From assembly GCA_013239625.1 (NCBI GenBank), contig MU053810.1, positions 753,320 to 817,319 on the forward strand: a stretch of 64,000 bases of DNA. The letters run 5' to 3'. Positions 24,486 through 38,117 of the stretch are shown piece by piece. Origin of the DNA: Lama guanicoe. Its lineage: Eukaryota. Both the position numbers and the translations under genes were made by a program. Below the pieces are notes generated by a model. That model had not been told where the DNA came from and did no database searches. It saw only the letters and a list, made by a program, of their open reading frames with translations. Every line of letters starts with the position of its first letter. Positions within the stretch are counted from its first letter, which is position 1.

Positions 24486-26135
24486 CTGAAAAGGAGTGAG
24501 AATCCTCGTAAGCTCCCACCGTAGGAAGAGATAAATGCATTGTTTCCTTTTGAATGAATTTACAAGGGTCTCAACAGAACCTCCTGTAAACTAAGCTCCC
24601 TCTACCCAGTTCCCTGGACCAGCGACAGAGTGCTAGTCTATGATGCTCATAACCACATGACGAGAAGGAATGAACTAGTGCGGGGACAGATTTATAAGCC
24701 AGTAGTGGTCGGTCCCTGGGAAGCATAGCGGAAAAACTCCTTCTAAGGAGCCAGCATCCTGAGACATGTAAGAGGAGGAAGCAACTTACTTATGGGGGAT
24801 TTTACAAAGGGGAAACGGAGGCTGGGAAGTCTGTGACACCCACCAACCCCTCCATTGGGTCTTTCTAGATGAAGGGTAGTTGGATGTATCACTTTACTCT
24901 AGAAACAAACGTTTGCTGACAGCCTCAGATAGAATTTAATACGCCAGCCCGTGAGCCTTTACTGCATCCTGACATGCACTGATCACCCGTCTCTTCCCAC
25001 TTCTCTGCACTTATACACCTGTGTCTGCTACAGAACTGGGAGCCGTGGATTTATCTCTGCCTCTTCAGAATCCCACACAATGCCTGCTGCAGGCGGGGTA
25101 CTTGAAATTGTTATGAAAACATCATGTTAGAGAACTGATGGGCAAGTGGCTTACTTTCAAAACGTGTTTTCCTTGGTACAGTTATATGATCTAACATTTT
25201 AAAAGGATCAGCTGGTTCAAGCTAATTTTAGGAACTACACTTCAAAAATGACGTGTGATAAAAATGGGAAATTTATATTAAGCTTCTTCTTTAAGAGATG
25301 GCTGCAAACTCAGCCCCATATTTGGAACCTATAACCATGGTACGTGAAATTCTGTGTAATATACAACTTTGCTTACAAAAAAAGGGGGGAGGGGGTATAT
25401 TTTTGGAGGCTTGTGATAAATGGCAGTATTTTGTAGTTAGCAAAGCAAAGATTTTTCCCTCCTATTTTTTCCCGCATCTTTTCCAGTCCTTATCCCCTTG
25501 CCCACATTTCCAATATCTTTTCCAAACAGGAAAAAAAAATTGGAAGAAAGTTTTCTCCTTGTCCATCTTCCTCTGGTCCTATCACAGGGCTCAAGGGGCC
25601 CCCTGCTCTGATGCCCCCTGAGTCAGGCAGAATGTACAAAGTAGATGCTGAGCTGAATTTCATGTTTTGATCATTTTCTGTTTTCCTGAACCATCTGACT
25701 TCTCAGTTCAAATACTCCCACCTTGGAGGAGGGGTATAATCTTGCACAAGAACTGAGATTAAACTTCAAGGGCTAAAGTTCAAGTCCTTTGTAGGTTCTC
25801 TTTGTAGAATGGACTTGTTACCCGAAGCCAATTCCAGTTTTCTTCCTTCATGTGTGTACACAATCTATTTGCCTGCCCAGTTAGTCTCACTCTTTCTTCT
25901 AGCCCTTCTGGAATTTCCCTTCATGTGTTTTCATCCTAGTATGTCATAAGGGCTCCTCCTTGGCTGGGCTGTCAGAATACCAGGAGGATGTTTCTACCCT
26001 ACAAACAAAAATCTGATCAGCCCCTCCAAACGTCCCTCCTGGAAACACAAAACCACAACAGAAAGGAGGGCCTCTGTATCTTGCACCACATGACACGCCG
26101 AGTCCAAGGTCAGGGATCTGCGCTTCTGTCCTCAC

Positions 26136-26388
26136 CTGCTGCCTCCGTCACATCCCGAAGGCTTTCGGGTCCCTCGGCTGCAGATCCCGGCTGCACCAAG
26201 TCCACGACATCCTCTGGCTCAGAGTGACCGGAAGTGCTCTCTTCCAGAGGCTGTGGAGAGTGGCCCTGGGCATCACCGTCACTCAGGACCTGATCCTCAA
26301 AGTCGTCTTCCAGGGAATCAATCGTCTCTTCAAAAAACAGGAGGACGTCCTTTTCCTCGTGTGTGAGGTACTTCAGGCTCTCATCATC
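26136..26388 (-). CDS. PROSER2: PROSER2 second coding exon, 253 nt; DDESLKYLTHEEKDVLLFFEETIDSLEDDFEDQVLSDG...SEPEDVVDLVQPG...EAA(G)
   Basis: Read manually; it is not in the ORF track. Acceptor cttttgcCAG|GAT and donor CAG|GTGAGG. The frame is open and carries the SARG/PROSER2 motif YLTHEEKDVLLFFEETIDSL. Phase 0 in, phase 1 out. Confidence 0.95.
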
Positions 26389-27439
26389 CTGGCAAAAGAT
26401 TTGAGGATTAGGAATGAGGATAAAAACCCCACAATACAGAGCCTGGGGTGGAGTTCATGGCATCCTCCAATTTCTCACCTGGGGAGAGGGTACCATTCAG
26501 GTGACCCCCCGACCCACCTATGCCTGTATGTTCTTTACCATTCTACCTGCATGACTAAGAAGGCTGTCCAAAGTGGGTAGCAAATAAAGGGTCTTAGAGA
26601 CTTGTGGTTCCTACTGAGTCGATAACAAGAAAGCAATCTGTCAGCACCTCCTCAGGAGGGGCCTTGTCAACTTAGCGCCAACAGATATACTTGGTTTCCC
26701 TGTAACAGATGAGGGACTCTTTGGTTAAAGACAGTGAACTAACATAGTTATCTCTGCTCCCTCAGGAAACCTCACTAAAACAAAAGTGGGCTTTGTTATT
26801 ATCATTTTATCAAAGGCACAAATCACAAAGACAAATGTAACAGGAAGAGAGATGACAGCAACATTGCATTTGGGAGGGTAGAGGGCAGGAAGACAGATGG
26901 TAAGACTCAGAAGACCCAAGGAAGGCGACTTTCAATCAGCAGCTGCGGGAGCCAGGAATCAAACTGGAGGGACCCCACCCACCCACCCGCCAACCCCGGA
27001 GGCTCAGCACAGGGTGTGGCTGTGCTGGGCGGTTCTGGAAGTGTGGCTAAGATGATGTTGCAAAGAGCAGAACTGGACGAGAGTCTCTTCCAGAGGCAGT
27101 TAGGGCACCTGGACAGAAAGCTAGATGTTTACTCTTCAAGGAAGGTGAAAGAAGTATCTGAAGTGGGGGAGGGCAACAGGCCGAGTTAATGGTCAAGAAC
27201 CCTACTGACTCCAAACTAAGCCCCTGGACAGAGGATGGGAAAGGTCTTCTCTGGGGAACTGAATGGCCCAGGAGCCAAGTGGCTGACACCACAGGCTCCC
27301 CAGTGAAACAGCTCAGCAAGATCACCCCCCAGTTGAAATCACAGTCAACACACCCCAGCACAGATGTTTTCATCAGTTTCTTAACATCCTGCTCTTACGT
27401 GTGTGCATACAGCTCATGATTGCCACGCACCTGAGAAAC

Positions 27440-29000
27440 ACCTTTAACACGGAAGACGCATCAAAACCAGACAAGAAGAAAAAAGGCAACTTTCAAGAAG
27501 CCAACTCTGCAGAACGGTGAAAAAATCCAGAAAGATGATCACGAATACCCTCAGAGGGATCACAGGAGAGACTGAATCCATAAACAAGAATCGGATGCTG
27601 TTTTAAAAAACTCGGAGACAGTAAAGAGCCTCAGAAATTAAAACTACAACAGAGGAGATGAAAAGCAAAATAAAAGCCTAGAGATCAAGCAGAGAAACTG
27701 GAAAAGTACGATAAAAAGTCAAAAAAAATTTTTTTAAGCAGATCATTAGAAAATAAGTGTGGAAGGCCAACCTCTGAGTAATGAGTTCCATAAAGAGTAA
27801 TCAGGAAAAGCAAGGGGGAAGAAATGATCAGAGTAAACAAGTGAAAGAACCCAAGGAAATTTCCTTAAACAGGAGGCGAGTTTCCAGGTCGGAGGGTCCG
27901 TGAGAAGGACCTGAGGAAGAATAAAATTGGCTTATGCCAAGGCCCAGCCCTGTGAAGTTTCAGTCACTGGAGACCAGGATTGATCCTGAGAGCCTCCCAG
28001 AGTGGAAAGCACGTCACATAACAAAACTTGAGGAATCAGAACAGCCACAGCCTTGGAAGCCGGGAGACAATGCTGTGATTCCTCCCAAATTCCAGATGAA
28101 TTCAGAACTAGAATTCCATACCTAAGACCAAGTGAAGGTTACAGGAGAATGACAGTGTTTTTAAGAAAAACACAAGGTCTGCACCGTGGACTCCCCGCTC
28201 CCACCGCACGCCTTTCTTAGGAAGCTGCTGCAGGGGCAGTGGGGCTGGGGGGAGGAACCAAGAAGAAAGACGCAGAGCCAAGGAGACAGAAGAGAAGAGA
28301 GAAAGCTGCAGGAACGCCTGGCGAGCGGTGACATCCCCAGGATGTCAGCTGTGCTGTGAACCAGCCCAGCTCAGAGCAGGCCACGGGGATACATCAAAGC
28401 AGAACACGCAACACAGAACACGAGCAAAGCAAGCAAATAAAACCAGAGCTATTATTAACCACAGGAAAAACTAAAGTTATGAGAGAAAGCATGTATCTGT
28501 GAGTCAATTCCTCTATGGCAACACACACATGCACATACGCACACATACACGCACATAGATACGCACAAGTATATTAATTATATCGGTATTTATAGTAGCA
28601 AGAAAACAAGAAACCACCTAAAATGTCCAACAATAAGGATATGGTTGAACAAGTCAGGGCACATTCACAGACGGATTGTTAAACAGCCATTTTAAATGGT
28701 GTTTTCAAAAAATATACTGTTAAGTGAAAAAAACCCAGATAAGAAAAATGAAGCTGTCTTAACTTGGTTTAAATAAATGCATACTTCCTCTATCCACACA
28801 TAAAAAATACTGAAAGGATATAGAGTAAAATGTCAGGAGTGGGGGAAAATGAAGGGAAATAACAAAGAAATAGGAATGAGTTAAAAGTCACTGCTTCCAG
28901 TGAGTAAGAAATGGGGGAGGGGCACACAGGTGAATGCTTTTCATAAACCGTATAAAACGATTTGACTCTCTAAGGTGAGCATGCACTTTGATAAAAACAA
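27440..29000 (+). mobile_element. Highly decayed L1M fragments
   Basis: A-rich strand bias; ctagaattccatacc and aaaccacctaaaatgtccaacaataagg motifs. Confidence 0.5.
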
Positions 29001-30474
29001 CAGGAAAACTATGGTGGAAGCAAAGGTGACTAGAGCTGATCCCTATGGTGCAGAATAATGTGTTTCACACTGTGATCCCGGAGGCATTCAAATGCCCACC
29101 TACCCAGGCCCGTCACAGAGCCCGCAGTGGCCAGTTTTAGAGACCACTCTTTAGCCTCAAGCACAGAATCCACCTGTCTGGGGGACAGTGAGCACAGAAC
29201 ACATGCGAATTGCTCAAACCAGCTTGGCCATGTTAGCGGCATCCTGAAGGAAGTTGACTCGGGAGGAAGGAGACTGTCTTCAGCCTGGGTTCCAACAAGC
29301 AGGTCTGACAGAATACTGCTGGAGAGAGACACCCACCGCACAGGCCAGGGAAGCAGAGAACACAACAGGACGCTGCTAGGGAGGAGAAGCAATACACATC
29401 TGTTGGATAGAAACCTATAACAAGTGCAGGGTCATAGGACACGTGTCTGCTTTGGCAGACACGGCCGTGAGTTCTCCCCAGCGGCTGGGCCAGCTCACAC
29501 TGGTGGTTGCACAGCCCTGCACAGTAGGTATGTGCTGGAATCTTGTTCTGATATTCAGTCCATTCCGAGGAAGATGAGCAGCACTGAGATTTTTTTCCCC
29601 CTGTAACACTTAACTGGCCATTTGGAGATCCTCTTATGAAGTGCCTGTTCAAGTCTTTTGTGTTTTTCTATCACTTTGTCTTTAAAAAGCATAATTTGTA
29701 GGAGTTCCTTTGTGCATATTAGGTAAAAATCCTTTGTGGGCATATTTGTTGCGAATGTTTTTTCCTACCCAGTGGCTTGCTCTTTCTCTCTGTTAACAGG
29801 AGTCTTCTGATGGCTAGTCCTTAACGTTAACGTAGCACCATGTATCAGTCCTGTCTTTCGTGGTTAGAGCTCTCTGTGTCCTATTTAAGACACCGCTACC
29901 TGCTCCACGGTCATGAAGGTATTTGCCTGTTTTATCCTAAAAGCATGATAGCTTTTAAACCTCCTTATTTAGTGCTACCATTCATCTGGAATGGACTTCT
30001 GCGTATGGCGTGAGGTCACGATTCACTGTTTTCTACCCTGATACCCAAGTGTTCCAGCACAGCTCCTTGAGAAGCGCATCCTTTCTCCACCACAGGTCCC
30101 CTCGGTTGTGAATCAGGTGACAGTGCCTGTGTCGGTCTGTTTCTGGATTCCATTTTCAGTTCATTTGTCTACCCGTCTGTTCATACACCGATAAAAGAGT
30201 TTTCATTATAACTTTATAATGTGTCTCAGTATCTGGGAGTTTGAAGCCTTCCTGCTTTGCTGTTCTTAAAGTCCGTGCTGTTTCTTGGCCCTTTTTTATT
30301 TCCAGGAAGAGTTCCATACCAGCTTGTCAGTTTCCGTATACACGTATATACGCACATACCCACACCCCTGCTGGGACTTTGGACTGCATGGAAGTTCCTC
30401 AGATTGAGCAGAACCGATGTTTTACAGCAGTTTCTCTCTCCACACAGAGGGTCTACGCCTTCATTTATTTAGAT

Positions 30475-30655
30475 TAGTGGCCCTTTAAGTGTGGTCCTTC
30501 GCCCAGCAGTGACAGCAGCACCTGGGAACTTGTTAGAAATACAAACTCTTGGGCCTCATCTCAGATCTACTGACTCTGTAACCTTTAGGGTTACAGTGTG
30601 TGTTTTCACAGGCCCTCTGGGTAATACTGATGCACTGAAGTTTGATATGCATTGA
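30475..30655. mobile_element. MER5A nested in L1M
   Basis: agtgtggtcc...cagcagcacctgggaacttgttagaaatacaaactcttgggcctcatctcagatctactga. Confidence 0.75.
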
Positions 30656-31219
30656 TTTGGTCTTTATTTTCTCTCAGTAGTATCTTGTATTTTCCAGTGT
30701 AGAGATTCTACACAGTTTATGTTATGTGTCTCCTTAGGTATTTGATGTTTTTCAATGCTGTTCGAAACAGTGTCCTTTTAAAATTTTCTAATTGTTGCTG
30801 GTCTCTAGAAATACAAGGTATACTGGCCTTGAAATAAATAAATTGAACACATTTGCTGCACAATACTAACAGTTCATCTGTAGGTTTTTTTCCCAGTCTT
30901 CTGCACATACAGTAGTGTCTGTAAATGAGAAGTTTTATTTCCTCCCTTGCACTCCTCATTCACGTTTTCATTCTGCTTTATGGTACCACCAGGGCTCTCC
31001 GGTTAGCTGAGCAGAAGCGGCATCTCTGTCTTGTTTCCAGTGTCAGGAAGGAAACTTTCCCTATTTCACCACTAAGTAGTGTTTGCTGTAGTTTTTTTGG
31101 AAAAATGATCTTTATCAAATGAAGAGAGCTCTCTTCTGTTCCTCGTTTGGTAAATATGTTTGTCTTTAAAATAATGAATGGGTTTTGAACTTTGTCAAAG
31201 AGCTTGTCTTCGTTTACTG

Positions 31220-31300
31220 CAGTGGTTCTCAGCTGGGTGTGATTTTACTCCCCATGGGGCATTTGCCAACGTCCGGGGACAGTTCTGTTTATCACCATTT
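31220..31300. mobile_element. MER20 5' fragment
   Basis: cagtggttctcagctgggtgtgatttt...ggggcatttgccaacgtccggggacag. Confidence 0.65.
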
Positions 31301-32066
31301 TCTCCTTTATTCTATCAATGTACTGAAGTACAATGATTGATTTTCAGCTATTCAACCAACCTTGCATTCTTGGAATAAGTCTAACTTGGTTGTGATATTA
31401 CTATGCTTTTTATACATCATTGAATTTGATTTGCTCACACTTTGTTTTGAGTTTTTGCATATAAATTCACAAGACAGGCTGTAATCTTCCTTTCAGTGTA
31501 ATCAGATTTTGTACATGTTTCCTTTTTTAAGTTTGACTTTAGGAAACAATGTGCCCTAAGAATTTGGTTCATGGCCTATCTTTCTGCTCCACTTCTTCTG
31601 AGATTGGATGGGTCAGGGAAGGAACACACAGATTTAAGAATAATTTTTCTCCAGTTGAAATGATGACAGTTCCGTATTAACTAGATTTCTGTAATTTTAT
31701 CCATTTACATACCTAGCAGTTGTGCAGACCCTAAGGACTTCAGTTTCCCCTCTAATAAGAGGGTCCGTGTGAGGGGACATTAGGAGAGTAGCAAAGTGAG
31801 CACAAAGCATTCCTTATTTAATACTTTTTGATTCACATTTATACAAAATAAATGAATATTTAAAACAAAATGGTTCAGTGCCATTGAGCACTAAACCAAA
31901 GAAGAGAAGAATGGGTTTTAACAAAACCCATAATCTTAGCAGTCCTCTATGTCTGCACAATATCTGACTAAGGAATTTACACTCTATTCTGAGAACTCTG
32001 GGATGGATCTGGCCCTGCCTACCTTTTGAATGTCATCTCCTCCTCCTCTCCACTTTGTACTCTATA

Positions 32067-32270
32067 GCAGGGCTGGTCAACCTTTTCAATCAAGGACCAG
32101 ACAGTAAGTCAATATTTTGAGTCTCGGCAGTCTTCACGGTGGCAATCATTCAATTCTATCAATGTAGTGTGAAAGTTGTAGGCGATATGTAGATGAATGA
32201 GTTTAGCTTTGTTACAAGAAAACTTTACTCACAAAATCAGGAGGGAGTCCAGATTTACAGTCTACAGGCT
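32067..32270. mobile_element. MER58-like hAT element
   Basis: cagggctggtcaacctttt...ccagacagtaa...atatttt...aaactttactcacaaaatcagg. Confidence 0.6.
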
Positions 32271-34759
32271 GGAGTTTGCAAACTTTTGCCCTATAATCAC
32301 ATCAGATCACTTCCTATACCTGTTTCTGTGGCAGCCGTGCCCCTGCCTGCACAGCCACCTCTCACCTGTCCTTCCTGGTCCAGTTTACATGTCACCACAC
32401 CTCCAGCCTGCTCCCACAGCACCCACTGAGTCACACATGCAAATATTTCAGCAGCTAGTAAGCACTGGGCAATGTAAACACAAGGGTGTAAATAATGTTC
32501 CTGCTGTCTGTTTTAGCCCATCTAATGAGGGCTTCAGACAAGAAAACAGGCAGTTGCTTGAGAGGGTGGCAACGGCCATGACAAGGCGACTGTGGGTGTT
32601 ACGGAAACAGTACGGGTATCAGTTCACACTTTGGGGGAGGGAGTCTGACTTGGAAAAACGCTGGAGGGGAAATGATAATCAATAATCTGAAAGAAGTGGA
32701 TGAGACTTCCACCAAAAGGGATGAGGGACAGTTAGACACGTATTTTGGAGAGATCGTATTGGTCAGAATGTGGGAAATGGGAAACTATGGGAAGCTGAAT
32801 ATGGAAACAATTTAGACAAAAGATAAGTCACCTAAAGTGCAGCAGCAGTGGTGGGAACAAGGAGAAGGAGGTGGATTTGAGGGATATTTAACGAAAAGGG
32901 TCAAGTCCTCCTATAAAATTCTGTTTCTTACTGTAGCTGTTCATTACTCATGCATTTCACCTCTGCCAGACCTGAACGAACATAATGTATCTGTGAACCA
33001 TCCAAGGGCTTAACGATTGCCTCACGTCCATGAGGCCGTCATCGTAACCAAAGGGCCAGCTCCCTCCTCACTTTGTAGGTCTGTCCTGCCCCTCTGGCGA
33101 CCAGAACGTGAAACTTTCGTAAGCAATCCAGTGACGCGACTCCTTTTGTGATTTTTCTAGATTTGCTGCAGGCTGGTGGGGTCATCTGGAGGGTCACAAC
33201 ATCCGGTGCAGAGCACTCCTGCGCCCTCTTTTCTCTGTATACCTTAATCGTGCTAGATTACCTGCCCCAGTCACTCAGCACACACCACCCCCAACTCGTT
33301 TATCTCCCAGATTCACGCTAAGACTTTGCAAGTTTTTCTTCTGTCCATGCAGAGTAGTTCAGTTCAGTGATTCAACAACAACTAAGAAAAAAAACCTCCG
33401 TGAGTCTAAAATCATTAGAGCTCTTAGCATGACAAAGATCCCTCGAGTTAATAATGACAACCCCCACGGATGTCGTTAGGGTGACGTGATGATGGTAACA
33501 AACCAGAACCAGAAAGTCTTAACCACAACTTATTTGTTGAATTAAAATTCTTGGGAATTAAGTTAACGCTCTCTACCCTTTCCCTCCTGCTTGGACCCCC
33601 TAACTCAGTGTTTCAACAGGGTTATTCCCAAGAGTTTTAGATCACCTACTTTGGGGGGGTATAATCATTTCTCTTTGGTTGCACAGACAGTAGGATTAAA
33701 TGGGCAGCTGGTCTGTGTCAGCTTAAGACACATGCCAATTTCCCACATCAAGGGAGGGGCAAAAGTAAGGATGGAGGGAGGGTATAAACCCCACAGGTCT
33801 CATTCAATCTCACAGCAAGGAGCTCTCAGCAGAGGATTTCATTTGGAAAATAAGCTTAGAAAGGGAAGCTCCAGGTCAACCATTGTAAGTTCTGGGACAA
33901 ACTGCACGACTTACAGGCTGAAAGATGCAACACGGAGATCAGTGAGTCCAGCTCCCTCCCTGGAAGGTGTGAAAACCTGGTTCAGAGGCAATGCAATGAC
34001 TTTCCAAGGGTCGCACAACTATTTGCAGAGCAGCCAAGACCAGAACTAGTTCTATGCTTGCCTTCTGGTTTGTCCTATTTATCTCTCTTTCTAATCACAT
34101 ACTAATCTCAGATCTGTGCTCGGATGCCTGCATATCCCACACATCTTATCCCAGAGTCCCTCAAGCTGGCAGTCTGGCCTCTGTGTTCTTATAAAACAGG
34201 AGACACAAGTCACTTTTAATGAGGCTGCTCAGAGGTCAGAGTCCTGGAGGATTGGAGGACCCAGACTCCCGCATTCTCAACTGATGCCCTGTCTCTGGGG
34301 TTGAAGGCTGGAGGGCGGGCTGGTTGACTTGTCTGTGATCTGCTGGCCTTGAGCCTTGACCCTAGGGGTGGGGACAAAGCCACTGTGGACTCAGTCTGTT
34401 GCCTAATTCTCCAAACAAGAAGCTGCCCTCCAGTGAACCTGGACTCTGCTGGCACCTGGGGGAGGAAAGGAGGCGGGAAGAGAGAAAAGCCCGATGCCCA
34501 GTGCCAGGGAGCAGGGGGTTCAGGGCCAGAAAAGGGGCACGTAGCCCTCATCTGAGGGAGTTCCTGTCTGCGAGTCTGTTCCAAGGAGAAGCTGATGCCG
34601 CCTCTCAGACCGGGACGCTGAAGGGGAGGCCGTGGGCCGTGGGGAGCAGGCAGAGTGTGAAACGCAGTGGCACATCCCCAGAGCCAGGAAGCAGATGAGC
34701 GGTTGCCCAGGGCCGGGGCAGCTGGAGGGAAACAGGGAGTGACTGATGGTAGCACGCGG

Positions 34760-34905
34760 TTCCTCCCAGGGTGACGAAGGTGTTCTAACCTTGGCTGTGA
34801 TGATGGCCACACACCTCTGTGAATCTCCTAAAAACCACTGGATGGCATTCTGTGACAAGTGAACCACATGGGCTGTGAATTACATCTCAGTAAAGGTGTT
34901 ATACT
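34760..34905 (+). mobile_element. L1M 3'-terminal fragment
   Basis: ggtgacgaaggtgttct...gtgaattacatctcagtaaag. Confidence 0.55.
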
Positions 34906-36952
34906 ATAGATAAGAAAAAAGCAAGGCGGAAGCCTGGTGGCCCCACGTGAGGCAGGAAGCAAGCTGGTGCCCTGGCCGTGGTGGATCCTGCTTGACCGCT
35001 GATGCTACTGGATGTGAGATTTGCTCATGTGGTTCCCAAAGAACTAAGCAGATAGGAAATGAGGATAGAAGAGCAAAAAAAAAGCTCTCCTGGGAAAGGG
35101 TGCACTGCAGAAAGCCTAAGTTTGTCCCTAATATTTGAACAGAAGTAGGCTGCTAGCAGGCATTTAAAAAAATTTCCCCCTTCTACAAACTGAGCTTTTA
35201 ATGCACCAATTTGGCTGTGGAGTAAAAGGAAGTTCTTTGAGGCTACAGCTCTCCAGATGCTGAAAGAACTGTCTAGAAAACCACCCCTCACCGGTGCTAC
35301 CCCACCCACCACGCTGACTTCAAGTCTCCCGGGGAAACAGTTTTTGCTTCAAGAACTTGGGAGCACGCACATTTCTACCCTGATCTGTATACTATGACCA
35401 TGAATAAATAATTCCTAATATATTCAAACCAGAAAATTCAAAACACCACATCTACTAAAGTAACTGTAACACACACCGTGTAGGTCTCCCCTGGGGGGGA
35501 GGACAAAGCCCCCGTGTCCGTGAGGTCTGTCCACTCCCGCATGAAGATGAGCAATAGCGTCCGTCTAGTCCCCACGAAGCGCCAAGAGGAACGTCCAGAT
35601 AAGCTGGGTGACAAAGGTTTACATCGAATCCCGCCAGTGCTTATAAAAATCCGCAGTCCCAGACATAACCTATGAGAGTATGGATTTGGGACAGGAGCTT
35701 TGTCTTTGGGGGAAATGTCAGTGAGAGAGAGAAAAAAAAAATCTTTGGTTGAATAAAAAAAAGCCAAGAAGGCTGAAAATACTCATACTCAAATAACCCA
35801 CACCTAAAAAAACTGACTGAATTAATTCTTCTGTTTTGATTTTCTCTTAAACAAAGAAACTGGGTTTAGCTGCAGACTAAGACAATGGCGGTAAGCAAGT
35901 CCTTGTGAGGGAGGGAAAAAAAGGACCAGCAGAATTCATCTCTATCTTAAACCAAAAAAAAAAAAAAAATCAAAAAAATTACAAGAAGGATTATGATGGC
36001 TAAAGAAATTTCTCGAGATGAGCCAAAATCTGCTAACCCCCAGTTCCCTGGGTATTTCTTTGGCAGAGTGTGATTTCATGGTCACATTTTCCTTTATGGA
36101 CACCAGAATGATCTCCCTGACACGTGGGCAAGGCTTTACTGAGTTAAAAACCTGAGTTGATGAGAGGACCCCCAGGAGCTGACACACAATTCAGGGGCAG
36201 CGAGAAGACCGCAGAAATCAGCCTCTGTGTTCTTCCTGCGTCTCTAGGCGCCACGCTTACTTTGGCGATCTCATAAGAAAGACCACAAGTGCATGTGGCG
36301 TTCCCCCCGGTTTCGGTATAAGGCTTAATTATGGGCATTTCTAACTAGTCCCTGTTGTCATTTTTTCAGTATGGTTAACTTAAACCTGTACTTCTGGCCG
36401 GAAAGAGACAGACACAAACCAGTGGGGGATGAGCTATGTGTAGAGGTTTGATTACAGATGGACAGACTTGTGGCTTCGAAGGATTACAGTTGGGCTCGCT
36501 GGCCGCCTTCACCTTCTCCGCACCAGTGGTATCATAAAGCCATCGGGCAGAGAGCGCGTGGCGTCAGGCGTTGAGACCCTGCTTAAGCTGGTGTTACAGG
36601 TCCCAGAGTTTGCATGGCTGTCATGTCACTAAGATGTGAGTTCCCGAAAAGATTAAAACCTCATTTTATTCCATCATCCATCTGGTCTTGTGAGGAGCGG
36701 GCATTTACTAAATGTTCAGTGAACTGAACTTCCGTCAAAGCCATTCAGCTTTGTCTTAAACTAGCTGCTCTGACCAGGAAGTTCTGGGGTCAGTCTGGGC
36801 AAGGAGCCAGAGCGGAAAGCACCACGGGGCCACCACTGACCAGCCTGCGTCTCCTTTCCATCCTTCTGCTCTGTGTCCTCTCCTTGAACTTGTCTAGTGA
36901 CCAGTGTGTCACCTTAGACTTAGGCTGAGCCTGCCACGAAGAAAATGTCTTC

Positions 36953-37662
36953 TTTTTTTTTTTTTTGTATGTATCTTTTTGCTGAAGTATAGTCAGTTTA
37001 CAATATGGTGTCAGTTTCTGGTGTACAGCGTAACGCTTCAGTCACACATGAACATACAGATATTTGTTTTCATATCCTTTTTCACCATAGTTACTATAAA
37101 ATATTGAATATAGTTCCTTGTGCTATACAGTAGGAACTTGTTGTTTTATCAGTTTTATATATATTAATTAGTATCTGCAAATCTTGAACTCCCTCTTCCC
37201 CCCTGGTAACCATAAGTTTTGGAGGAGGAGGAGGAGATGGGCTGAGGAGGATGGGCAGAACCTATTTCTCTTTTGTAAATAAGTTCGTTTGCCTTTTTTT
37301 TAGATCCCACATATGAGTGATATCATATGGTATTTTCCTTTCTCTTTCTGGCTGACTTCACTTAGAATGATGATTTCCAGGTCCATCCATGTTGCTGCAA
37401 ATGGCATTATTTTATTACTTTTTATGGCCGAGTAGTATTCCATTGTAAAAATATACCACAACAACTTCTTTATCCACTCATCTGTTGATGGATGTTTAGG
37501 TTGTTTCCATGTCCTGGCTACTGTAAACAGTGCTGCTAGGAACATTGGGGTGCACATATCTTTTTGAATTAAGGTTCTCTCTGGTTATATACCCAGGAGT
37601 GGGATTGCTGGATCATATGCTAAGTCTGTTTTTAGTCTTTTGAGGAATCTCCATACTGTTTT
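36953..37662 (-). mobile_element. 5'-truncated L1 (ORF2 C-terminus, 3' UTR, poly-A)
   Basis: ORF 37300..37557 gives CTPMFLAALFTVARTWKQPKHPS...YYSAIK...ATWMDLEIIILSEVSQ, a typical L1 ORF2 end. T-tract at 36953-36966. Degenerate TSD AGAAAATGTCTTC / AGAGAAGGTCATC (10/13). Confidence 0.9.
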
Positions 37663-38117
37663 AGAGAAGGTCATCTCCTAAATTTAAAGACTTTTTGTGA
37701 ACGTTCCCAAAGCTTGTTGATGCTTACATAAGGGTCTGGATTCTGAGAGAAAGGGATACAAAAGCATTTATATTTGTAAAGGAGTTAGCCATCTGTTTTA
37801 AAGTGAATTTTATCCTGAGAGGTGTTTCCCTTCCCCCAACCACTGGACCTAGAAGGCCACGGTGCCCTGGTGTGGGCTGATCTCTGCCTTCAGGTACGGT
37901 GCTCCCAGGCTCTGAGCAGCCAAGTTACCACCAGGTGGGGAATGCTCTGGATTTGTACAAAACTTCAGAGGATTAACACTGAAGTGCCGCTCCTCAAAGC
38001 CAGTATTCCAAAAATGTCAAGCTAGTTACCCCAAAGGATGTTCTAAGATATTCCCAACAGGAAGGCAGAGGCAGCCAACATTCATGCACACCGAGTGCTG
38101 AAGGAACGGTCACTCAC

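Larger units (their letters stand above)
29590..31490 (-). mobile_element. Old L1M ORF2-region fragments hosting nested DNA transposons
   Basis: cttatgaagtgcctgttcaagtctttt, tttcaccactaagta, accaaccttgcattcttggaataag; no intact frame. Confidence 0.7.

Noticed and set aside
23101..24499. Long + strand ORFs (375 aa and 299 aa) overlapping the last PROSER2 exon
   Set aside because: Antisense shadows of a GC-rich coding exon, with no recognisable domain.
24486..24540. In-frame ATG extension (MHLSLPTVGAYEDSHSFS) of the 341-aa ORF
   Set aside because: Intronic: it overlaps the polypyrimidine tract and acceptor at 24488-24486. The true frame comes from splicing to the upstream exon.
33085..33103. 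CTCF-like motif TGGTCGCCAGAGGGGCAG (minus strand)
   Set aside because: Mismatch at a key core C; not supportable by eye.
37300..37557. 85-aa ORF and similar ORFs at 46128, 56394 and 61451
   Set aside because: L1 ORF2/3' UTR remnants (sense or antisense), not host genes.
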